DNA of 64,000 nucleotides, taken from assembly GCA_963785725.1 (NCBI GenBank), contig CAWAWS010000027.1, forward strand, positions 1 through 64,000, written 5' to 3'. The first letter of the stretch is position 1. Every line of letters begins with the position of its first letter. This stretch comes from an uncultured delta proteobacterium. GTDB taxonomy: Bacteria > Myxococcota_A > Polyangia > Palsa-1104. This document shows, in pieces, positions 1 to 7,542 of this stretch. The position numbers and the translations under genes are program-made. The notes under the pieces are model-generated. The model did no database searches and was not told the origin of the DNA. It worked only from the letters and a program-made list of their open reading frames with translations.

Positions 1-713
1 TCGGTGCCGTTGCCGCTCGTGTCGTAGGTCGTGAAAAGCGGATGCGCGACGTGGATGCCGACGGTGGCCGACGCCTTCAGCGTCAACGCCGACAGCTGAA
101 TCGACGTGCCGATCATCTTGGCGTTGAACGTCAACGTCATGCCGGCCAACTTCGCGTTGAACACCGACAGGTCGATGCTGTTGACCGCCGTCATCGACGG
201 CGCGAACGGCTTGAGCAGCGGCGCCGCACTGGCGCCGCCGTCAGTGCCCGACGACGACGCCGTCTTGCCGGCGTTGTAGGCCGTGATCCAGTTGCCGACC
301 GTCGTCAGCTGATCGGGCGTGAAGGCCGGGCCCTCGTGGTTGCCCTTGGTGTAGAGCAGCGAGTCCTGCGGCGAGTCGCCGATGAGGCCGGCGAAGGCCA
401 ACACGTTGGTCAAGATATCCGGCGTCGGCGCCATGAAGATCGGCGCGTTCGCCAAGCCCGTCGCGTGGCACGTCCCGCACGACGACGTCAGGATCGGCGC
501 CACCGTCGCGTTGAAGAGCGCCGTGGTGTCGACGGACATGTCGGGGCCGCTCGCGCCGCCGCTGCCGGCGCTGCCACCGCTGCCGGCGCTGCCACCGCTG
601 CCGCCGCCGGAGCTCGAGCCACCGCCCGAGCCGCTGCCAGAGTTGACCGCCGAGCCGAGACAACCGACCGTCGACAGCGACATCACCATTGCGACGAAGA
701 GGACGTTGCGCAT
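1..713 (-). CDS. c-type cytochrome lipoprotein (CxxCH), 3' end truncated by the window edge; absent from the ORF track
   Basis: Manual translation from ATG 713: MRNVLFVAMVMSLSTVGC (lipobox-like), Gly/Ser linker, then LTSSCGTCHAT (CxxCH at 479-465) and LLYTKGNHEGP; the frame stays open to base 1. Confidence 0.8.
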   Translation of the reverse strand, partial: MRNVLFVAMVMSLSTVGCLGSAVNSGSGSGGGSSSGGGSGGSAGSGGSAGSGGASGPDMSVDTTALFNATVAPILTSSCGTCHATGLANAPIFMAPTPDILTNVLAFAGLIGDSPQDSLLYTKGNHEGPAFTPDQLTTVGNWITAYNAGKTASSSGTDGGASAAPLLKPFAPSMTAVNSIDLSVFNAKLAGMTLTFNAKMIGTSIQLSALTLKASATVGIHVAHPLFTTYDTSGNGT

Positions 714-1021
714 CTCGGCAGGAGCGCATTGCGACCGCCGTGCCGTCTCGCAAATGAGACTGCCGACCGAGTATTCCCGGCGCTTTAGGTCACTTTAGGA
801 TTTGTAAACTCGAGGTTGACGTGGGGAGTTTGCGCCCACATCGGGGAGCGCAAACCTCCGCACGCATACGGTGCGGCGAATTCGCCGTTTACGCCCTTAT
901 ATCGATAGCGTTCGCCGATCGGCGCGCCCAGCCGAGACTAAAGGCTCCACAGTGAGACGTCGGCTCACCAGGCCGGCGCGACAAATTGGTTGCAGCGCAA
1001 GGCTTTGCCACGACCGACGGC

Positions 1022-1037
1022 GGGCACGAGACTGGCA
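1022..1037 (+). promoter_or_regulatory. putative sigma-54 (-24/-12) promoter of tatA
   Basis: GGGCACGAGACTGGCA: GG-N10-GC spacing, close to TGGCACG-N4-TTGCW, ~40 bp upstream of tatA. Confidence 0.4.
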
Positions 1038-1075
1038 GTAGGCGCATCCGTCGATTCGATTCAAGGAGACCACAA

Positions 1076-1291
1076 ATGTTGGGACTGGGAATGGGAGAGC
1101 TCGTGCTCATCCTCGCCATCGCGCTCTTGGTACTCGGGCCTTCGAAGCTGCCGCAGCTGGCCACCGGCCTCGGCAAGGCGATCCGCAGCTTCAAGCGCGC
1201 CACCGACGGCCTGGGCGAGCAGGTCATGGGCGACGAGCTGGCCAAGCCGGTCGCCGAGCTCAAGCGCGCCATCAAAGACGAAGCCGCCTAA
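1076..1291 (+). CDS. tatA: twin-arginine translocase TatA/TatE subunit
   Basis: MLGLGMGELVLILAIALLVLGPSKLPQLATGLGKAIRSFKRA signature; AAGGAG RBS at 1063-1068. Confidence 0.92.
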   Translation: MLGLGMGELVLILAIALLVLGPSKLPQLATGLGKAIRSFKRATDGLGEQVMGDELAKPVAELKRAIKDEAA

Positions 1292-1301
1292 TCGTCGGCC
1301 A

Positions 1302-1357
1302 CGCGGCTAAGTAAACGCTCGATTACTTAGCCGCGGCGCAAGTAAACGAGCGTTTAC
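1302..1357. terminator. interleaved inverted repeats between convergent genes, likely bidirectional terminator
   Basis: CGCGGCTAAGTAA (1302-1314) pairs with TTACTTAGCCGCG (1323-1335); GTAAACG-AG-CGTTTAC at 1342-1357. Confidence 0.5.
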
Positions 1358-1923
1358 AAGCGACCGGCGAGCGCCAGATACAAGAGCGGCAGCGCTACGC
1401 CGATGAAGACGAAGACGGCGCCGCGCCCGCGAATGCCGCGCTTGCCGGGCAGCATGAAGAGGCCCGACAGCGCCAGATAGAGCAGAAACACCGCGTAGCT
1501 GTCGGCGAACCAGCGCCACGCTTTCTTGCCGCGGTTGAGATGCAGCCAGTTGGCCGTGCGCAAGAAGAAGCGCGGCTCCTGCCCTTCGTCGACGACGCGA
1601 CCGGAGCTGGTGTCGACGTGCACCGTCCGCTTGTCGAACGAGATCTCGAGCTGCGACGGGCTGGCGCGATAGACGTCGCGCGGCTCGCCGGCGATGTGCA
1701 GCGCCGCCAGCACCTGCCGCGCGGCCGCGGTGTCATCGGCCGGCAGCGGCAGCGGCACCCGTTGCGTATGCTCGTAGCTCTTGAAATTTGGATCCCAGTC
1801 GGAGATGTGGTTCACCGCCAAGCCCGACAGCGCGTACACGAGCGTCAAGCCGACGGCGAGATAGCCGACGTCCCGATGAATCGCGCGCAGCCACGGCCGC
1901 CAGCGCGTGCTTCCCTCACCCAT
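1354..1923 (-). CDS. PepSY-associated TM helix protein
   Basis: RAIHRDVGY...YALSGLAVNH, NWLHLNRGKKAWRWFAD; three hydrophobic segments. Confidence 0.8.
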   Translation of the reverse strand: MGEGSTRWRPWLRAIHRDVGYLAVGLTLVYALSGLAVNHISDWDPNFKSYEHTQRVPLPLPADDTAAARQVLAALHIAGEPRDVYRASPSQLEISFDKRTVHVDTSSGRVVDEGQEPRFFLRTANWLHLNRGKKAWRWFADSYAVFLLYLALSGLFMLPGKRGIRGRGAVFVFIGVALPLLYLALAGRL

Positions 1924-2635
1924 ATCGCTCCTCGAGCCAGGGATCGGCGTGGTTGTGATAGCCGCGCGTCTCCCAGAAGCCGGGCTCGTCGCGCGCGACG
2001 AACTTCACGCCGGTGAGCCACTTGGCGCTCTTCCAGAAGTACAGCGACGGCACCAGCGCGCGCACCGGCGGACCGTGCGGACGCGGCAGCGGCTTGCCGT
2101 CGAGCTGATGGGCGACGAGCACGTCGGGCGCCAGCGCCTCCGCCAGCCGCACGTTGGCCGTGTAGCCGCCGGCTGCTTCGAGCACGACGTGATGCGCCGA
2201 CGGCTTGACGCCGGCCAGCTTCGCCAGCTCCGACAGCCGCACGCCTTTCCAGCGCGCGTCGAACAGCGACCAGCCGGTGACGCAATGAACGTCGCTCAGC
2301 TGCTCCGTCTGCGCCAGCGTCAGGAGCTTGGCGAAGTCGATCGTCAACGGCCGCTCGACCTCGCCGTGAACCTGCAGCCGAAACGCCGCCGGATCGGGAT
2401 CGCCGGGGAAGCCGCCCATCGGCCTGAGCGCGCTCAACAGGCGCTGCCCCGGCGGCAAGCGCGGGCGACCGTCGAGCCGCTTCTGCGCGCGCGCTTGCCG
2501 CTCGATGTCGCGGCCGGCGAGCCGGAAGAGCGCGCCGCCGAACGCGACCACCGCCGCGCCCGCGCCCAGCTGCTTGAGGAAGGTGCGGCGCCCTTCGTTG
2601 CGTGTGACGTATTCGGCGAATGGTGGTTTGGCCAA
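1916..2635 (-). CDS. Tat-exported molybdopterin-dependent oxidoreductase (sulfite oxidase/MsrP-YuiH family)
   Basis: TTG start after GGAGG; RRTFLK twin-arginine motif; DVHCVTGWS, HGPPVR, YFWKSAKWL, GFWETRGYH motifs. Confidence 0.88.
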   Translation of the reverse strand: MAKPPFAEYVTRNEGRRTFLKQLGAGAAVVAFGGALFRLAGRDIERQARAQKRLDGRPRLPPGQRLLSALRPMGGFPGDPDPAAFRLQVHGEVERPLTIDFAKLLTLAQTEQLSDVHCVTGWSLFDARWKGVRLSELAKLAGVKPSAHHVVLEAAGGYTANVRLAEALAPDVLVAHQLDGKPLPRPHGPPVRALVPSLYFWKSAKWLTGVKFVARDEPGFWETRGYHNHADPWLEERYG

Positions 2636-2694
2636 CGAGGTCCTCCGCCAGGTAATACGAACGCGGCGGCGTGGCGGTTTCGCGGAACGGACGA

Positions 2695-3192
2695 TTACGC
2701 GGCCGAAGACTTCGTCGCCGCCGCCGGCGCGGCGTCTTTGCGGCCGTCGATCCACAGGCGCGCGATGAGGTGATCGAGCGAAGCCTTGCCCGGGCCGGCC
2801 AGCGCCAACCACAGGAACATGACGAGGTAGGAGAACTCCTCGAAGCCGAGCAGCGTCGACACGCCGTCGATGTCGCCGCGCTTGGCCGTCAAGATCGCGA
2901 CGACCATCGTGAACGCCAGCGGCAGCGCCGCCAGCCGCGTGCCCAAGCCGAGGAGCACGGCCAAGCCGCCGAAGAACTCGGTCGACGAGGCGACGATCGC
3001 GTTGACGTGCGGCATCGGAATGCCGAGCTCGCCGAAGAATTTGGTGATGCCGTCGAGGTTGTGCAGCTTGCCCCAGCCGGTGCCCATGAACACGACGCCG
3101 ACCGTGATGCGAACGAGCAGCGGCCCGAGCCACGCGATCTTGTCCACCAAGTCGAGCAGTCGCTTGCGGAGCGCTATCAGCTTACCAACCAT
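2695..3192 (-). CDS. DoxX family membrane protein
   Basis: LLVRITVGVVFMGTGWGKL...EFFGGLAVLLGLGTRLAA...GPGKASLD; GGGGAGG RBS. Confidence 0.9.
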   Translation of the reverse strand: MVGKLIALRKRLLDLVDKIAWLGPLLVRITVGVVFMGTGWGKLHNLDGITKFFGELGIPMPHVNAIVASSTEFFGGLAVLLGLGTRLAALPLAFTMVVAILTAKRGDIDGVSTLLGFEEFSYLVMFLWLALAGPGKASLDHLIARLWIDGRKDAAPAAATKSSAA

Positions 3193-3261
3193 CGTCGTTG
3201 CCTCCCCTTTGGGTAGCATACGCCGCTCGCGACGACTGGTTACGAACGACCTCGACGATCG

Positions 3262-3804
3262 TTACATCTGCGTCCGTTCGTTCGCCATCGCCTGCAGCGC
3301 GCGCAAGTCGGACTGCATCTTCGCCAGCGCGCGCTTGCGCTTCATGCCCTTCGACGCGAACGTGCCGAGCGCCCCGTGCACCTCGCTCGAGCTCTGCAGG
3401 ATCACTTCCGTATGATTGTCGTCGATCGGGCGCATGAAGATCTTGCCCTGCGTCGTCACGTCCTTGCCGAAGCCGTCGTAGGTGACCATGTTCTCGGCCA
3501 CGTGCAGCTTGATCGTCATGTCGCGCCCGATGATCTTCGAGTGAAACCGCAGCGTCGTCACGCCGTCGGCGCGACTGAGAATGCGCGCCGAGGTGACGTC
3601 GTTGAAGCGTTCGGGCCAGTGCACGAAGTCGGTCATCCACTGTCGAACGTCGGCGATCGGGGCGTCGATGGTCGATTTTGCCTCCTGCCATTTACCGGAC
3701 GAGCCGGAGATGTCGCCCATTTTGATCGGGCTGTTGGGCTCGGCATACACGAAGGACCCGAGCGTCAGAGCGGCGAGGAACGCGACTGTCGTGGTGGTTC
3801 GCAT
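3262..3804 (-). CDS. secreted SRPBCC/polyketide cyclase-like protein
   Basis: Signal peptide; TIDAPIADVRQWMTDFVHWPERF pattern typical of START/SRPBCC fold. Confidence 0.6.
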   Translation of the reverse strand: MRTTTTVAFLAALTLGSFVYAEPNSPIKMGDISGSSGKWQEAKSTIDAPIADVRQWMTDFVHWPERFNDVTSARILSRADGVTTLRFHSKIIGRDMTIKLHVAENMVTYDGFGKDVTTQGKIFMRPIDDNHTEVILQSSSEVHGALGTFASKGMKRKRALAKMQSDLRALQAMANERTQM

Positions 3805-3908
3805 GCGCAGATCGAGTTGCAAGAGCGGCACCGCATAGTTGCGACAGAAGCGACCGCAAGGCGCCAACGCGATAAATGCAACCGAAGGTGCGGCCGAGGC
3901 GTAACGAG

Positions 3909-4472
3909 ATGATGAGACGAACGCGGCTCTGGGTCTTGTTGACGCTCTTCGCGCTGTCGCTCGTGGCGCTGTCGCGACGCACGGCCCTGCAAGTGTGGGC
4001 GTCGGGCGCGAGCGACGGCGTCCGCACGCTCGCCGGCGGCGCGGCGCCGGCGTTGCCGTCCGACACGCACGCGCTCGACGGCGCGCCGATCACGCTCGAC
4101 GGCTTGCGCGGCCGCGTCGTGCTCTTGCACTTCTGGACGTTCGGCTGCTCGAGCTGCGCGCACATGCTGCCCGCTTACAACGCCTGGGATCGCACGCTGC
4201 GCGGCCGCGGGCTGTCGATCGTCGGCGTGCATACGCCCGAGCTCGACTTCGAGCGCGACACCGAGGCGCTGCGGCAGTTCGCGCGGACGCAGCAGCTGAC
4301 GTGGCCGATCGTCGTCGATGCCGACGAGGCGATCTGGACGCGCTATCACGTCGCCGCCTGGCCCACCGTCGTGCTCATCGATCGCCGGGGCGTCGTGCGC
4401 AACACCTTCGTCGGCGATGACACGGCGCCGGCGATCGAAGCCGCGCTCACGACGCTCCTCGCCGCGCCCTGA
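3909..4472 (+). CDS. TlpA/DipZ-like thioredoxin-fold redoxin
   Basis: GRVVLLHFWTFGCSSC, VGVHTPE, AWPT; N-terminal membrane anchor. Confidence 0.88.
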   Translation: MMRRTRLWVLLTLFALSLVALSRRTALQVWASGASDGVRTLAGGAAPALPSDTHALDGAPITLDGLRGRVVLLHFWTFGCSSCAHMLPAYNAWDRTLRGRGLSIVGVHTPELDFERDTEALRQFARTQQLTWPIVVDADEAIWTRYHVAAWPTVVLIDRRGVVRNTFVGDDTAPAIEAALTTLLAAP

Positions 4473-4664
4473 GCCATCGGCCAAGGTGATCCGCTTAGAA
4501 TGGCTGACCTTTACGCATAGCGGATGTAGCGAATGGGAGCGCACGGGACGCGCTGTCACACCGAGCTTTACAGTTCCGCCGGCGATGTGGAATCGAGCCC
4601 TTAGAGCCGCAAGTGTTTCACAAAGGGTACAGTCTTCGCATTGGCAGCGCGACAGGAGGTTCTC

Positions 4665-6200
4665 ATGCGCGCCGCTGCCTGCAGCACCCGGTCCCGCTGC
4701 ACCTACACGCTAGGCTTCACCCTCTCCGCGATCGTGGGAGCCCTTGGCTTGGCCGGCTGCTCCGGCACCGTCGGCGTCGATGAGCCCGGCAGCGCCGGCA
4801 CGTTGTCGGCGGCCTCCACGTACAAAGTGAACTTCAAGACCGCGGTCGTCGGCGACTTCGTCACGGCCGAGAACGGCGGCGGCGGCACCGTCAACGCCAA
4901 CCGCACCGTCGCCAGCACGTGGGAGACGTTCACGCTCTACGACTTGAACGGCGGCGCGCTCGTCGACGGCGACCAGATCGAGATCGCGGCCTTGAACGGC
5001 GACTTCGTCAGCGCCGAGAACGGCGGCGGCGGCGCGGTCAACGCCAACCGCACCGTCGCGCTCGATTGGGAGACGTTCACCATCCATCGCATCGCCGGCG
5101 CCGGGACCATCGCCAACGGCGACCAGATTTCACTGCAGACGAAGACGCTCGGCGAGTACGTGTCGGCGGCCAACGGCGGCGGCGCCGGCGTCACCGCCGA
5201 TCGCACCGTCGCCAGCGGCTGGGAGACGTTCGCGCTCGAGATCCTGAGCGGCGGCGGCACCGCGGGCGGCGGTGGCACCGCGGGCGGCGGCGGCACGTCC
5301 AGCGGCGGCGGCGGCGGCAGCGCCGGTGGCGGCGGCAGCGCCGGCGGTGGCGGGACGACGAGCGGCTTGCGCGTCGTCGCCTACTTGCCCAACTACAGCG
5401 GCAGCTACGCGACGTGGGCCAAGTCGATCGACTTCACGAAGATGACGCACCTCAACCTCGCCTTCGCCTCGGCCACGAGCAGCAACGGCTGGGACATGGG
5501 CGCCTCCGACTCCGACGTCCAGGCGCTCGTCGCCGCGGCGCACGCCAAGGGCGTCAAGGTGTTGGCCTCGCTCGGCGGCGGCGGCGGCGATCAGACGGTC
5601 ATCGCGCGCTACCAGACCACGAGCAACATCGCCCCGCTCGTCTCCAACTTGACGTCGTTCATCAACCGCCTCGGCCTCGACGGCGCCGACATCGACATCG
5701 AGGACGAAGGCAACTTGGGCGCGCAGTACACGCTGTTCGTCAACGCCGTCGTCGGCGCGCTGCGTCCGAGCGGCAAGCTCGTGACCGCCGCTGTCGCGCA
5801 GTATCTGCAGGACGGCATGGCCGACGCGACGCTGCACAGCTTCGACTTCATCAACGTCATGATCTACTCGAGCTACAACGACAGCGTCTCGGCGATGACC
5901 TATTACGCGTCGACCAAGTCGGTGCCGAAGACGCAGATCACGCTCGGCGCCGGCTTCTTCGGCTCGAATGAGAGCGGCGACACCGAGTGGTCGTACTCCG
6001 ACATCTTGGCCGCCGACAGCACGGCGTGGAGCAAGGACTCGACGACGATCAGCGGCCAGACCGTCAACTACACCGGCATGGCGACGATGAAGAAGCTGGC
6101 CGACTACTCGAAGGGCTTCGGCGGCATCATGTTCTGGGAGTTGTCCGAGGACACCACCGATTCGCACTCGCTCTACAAGGTCATCCAGGGCGAATTCTAA
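4665..6200 (+). CDS. GH18 chitinase-like lipoprotein with N-terminal fascin-like beta-trefoil
   Basis: Lipobox LAGC; three (FV/YV)xAxNGGG..VxAxRTVA..WETF repeats; Gly linker; catalytic DGADIDIE; GGIMFWEL. Confidence 0.88.
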   Translation: MRAAACSTRSRCTYTLGFTLSAIVGALGLAGCSGTVGVDEPGSAGTLSAASTYKVNFKTAVVGDFVTAENGGGGTVNANRTVASTWETFTLYDLNGGALVDGDQIEIAALNGDFVSAENGGGGAVNANRTVALDWETFTIHRIAGAGTIANGDQISLQTKTLGEYVSAANGGGAGVTADRTVASGWETFALEILSGGGTAGGGGTAGGGGTSSGGGGGSAGGGGSAGGGGTTSGLRVVAYLPNYSGSYATWAKSIDFTKMTHLNLAFASATSSNGWDMGASDSDVQALVAAAHAKGVKVLASLGGGGGDQTVIARYQTTSNIAPLVSNLTSFINRLGLDGADIDIEDEGNLGAQYTLFVNAVVGALRPSGKLVTAAVAQYLQDGMADATLHSFDFINVMIYSSYNDSVSAMTYYASTKSVPKTQITLGAGFFGSNESGDTEWSYSDILAADSTAWSKDSTTISGQTVNYTGMATMKKLADYSKGFGGIMFWELSEDTTDSHSLYKVIQGEF

Positions 6201-6226
6201 GCGTTCGGCAATCGGAGTAACCCCTG

Positions 6227-6264
6227 CAGCGCCATCGGTTTGCCGCCGGTGGCGCTGTTTCATT
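6227..6264 (+). terminator. rho-independent terminator
   Basis: CAGCGCCATCGG/CCGGTGGCGCTG stem followed by TTTCATT, right after the GH18 stop. Confidence 0.55.
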
Positions 6265-6265
6265 C

Positions 6266-6919
6266 TCAGCCGGAGCTGCGGCGGTCGGCGGCGCGCATGG
6301 CGGCGAAGCTGGCGTCGTTGACGCGCAGGCGCGCGGCGAGCTCGGCGTGGGCCTCGAGCAGCGCCGCCAGCGTCGTCAGGCGTCGGCCGGAGGCGGCGTC
6401 GCGCGGCTGGGCCGTCAGCGTGGCCACCAGCGCGTCGTCGAGGAAGTCGAGGCCGGCGAGGCGCGCGGCGCCGCGGGCGAAGGCGCGCTCGCCCCAGACT
6501 TCCTGCAGCGCTTCGGTTTGCCGCGCCTGACGGGCGCGCACCAGCGTTCGCGCGGCGGCGACGAAGCTGGCCGGAGACGGCGCAGCCACGAAGGCGTCGA
6601 CGGCGGCGGCACCGGCGGCGCGCTCGGCGGCGTCGAGCGCCGGCCACACGCGACGCGCCAGACGCGCCAGCGCCGTCGCCAGCCGCCGCGGACCGTCGAC
6701 GACGGCTTTAGGGACGGCCGCCACGTCCGCAGCCGCGGCGCCGGCGGCATCGGCCGCGTCATCTTCAGCGCGCGCCGTTGCCGCATCGAGCGCAGCGGCG
6801 CCGGCTTCTTCATCGCGCGTCACGATCAGATCGGCTGCGGCTGCAGCAGGCTCGGCGGCGGGCGCGACTTCGGGCGGTGGCGCGAGGACAGCGGCCGCGC
6901 TGCGCCGCTTCTTGCTCAT
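6266..6919 (-). CDS. hypothetical Ala-rich helical protein, last gene of the MotA/MotB-like operon
   Basis: ATG overlaps the stop of the MotB-like gene (ATGA); disordered N-terminus; no recognisable motif. Confidence 0.6.
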   Translation of the reverse strand: MSKKRRSAAAVLAPPPEVAPAAEPAAAAADLIVTRDEEAGAAALDAATARAEDDAADAAGAAAADVAAVPKAVVDGPRRLATALARLARRVWPALDAAERAAGAAAVDAFVAAPSPASFVAAARTLVRARQARQTEALQEVWGERAFARGAARLAGLDFLDDALVATLTAQPRDAASGRRLTTLAALLEAHAELAARLRVNDASFAAMRAADRRSSG

Positions 6920-7542
6920 CGGCTCGACACCGAGCGCAGCGGCACGAGCAGCACCTCGATGCGACGATTGCGCCGGCGATCGGCGTCGCTGCGGTTCGGT
7001 GTCCGCGGATGAAACGCGCCGAACCCGGAGGCCACGACGCGCGTCGGCGACAGCCCGGCAGCGACGAGCGCGCGTGCCACCGACGTCGAGCGCGCCGCCG
7101 ACAGCTCCCAATTACTGGCGAAGCGATCGTTGGCGATCGGCACGTCGTCGGTGTGGCCGCCGACGAGCACCATCTGATCGGGCTCGGCGGCGAGCAGGCT
7201 CGACAACGGCGGCGCCAGCGCCGCGACCGTCTTCAAGCCGGCCGGGCTCAGCTCGTCGGAGCCGGAGGCGAACAGCACCTCGCCCTGCATGATGACCTTG
7301 CCGTCGTCGACCTCGACCGCGCCGTTGGCGGCCAGCGCGCGCAGGCGGCGCTCGATGCGCGCCTTCTCCGAGCGCACCCGCTCGAGCTCGCAATCGTTGG
7401 CGCGCAGGCGAGCCATGAGGCCGCTCTGCGCCAGCGTCGCCACGACCATGATGAGCACGAAGGCCGCCAGCACCAACACCAGCGCGTCGACGAAAGGCGG
7501 CCAGACGTTCACCGGGAAGAGCGGCTGGCGCGCCCGTCTCAC
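6916..7542 (-). CDS. MotB/ZorB-like single-TM protein with OmpA peptidoglycan-binding domain
   Basis: GTG overlaps upstream TGA; NVWPPFVDAL (TM Asp); VLFASGSDEL, GHTDDVPI, SNWELSAARS, NRRIEV. Confidence 0.85.
   Translation of the reverse strand: MRRARQPLFPVNVWPPFVDALVLVLAAFVLIMVVATLAQSGLMARLRANDCELERVRSEKARIERRLRALAANGAVEVDDGKVIMQGEVLFASGSDELSPAGLKTVAALAPPLSSLLAAEPDQMVLVGGHTDDVPIANDRFASNWELSAARSTSVARALVAAGLSPTRVVASGFGAFHPRTPNRSDADRRRNRRIEVLLVPLRSVSSR

Noticed and set aside
800..900. c-di-GMP-I riboswitch (GCAAA-containing stem)
   Set aside because: Lacks the GNRA tetraloop/receptor arrangement and the second conserved stem.
4534..4547. CelR/LacI-like operator (TGGGAGCGC...) upstream of GH18
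   Set aside because: Only one half-site matches; the palindrome is not completed.
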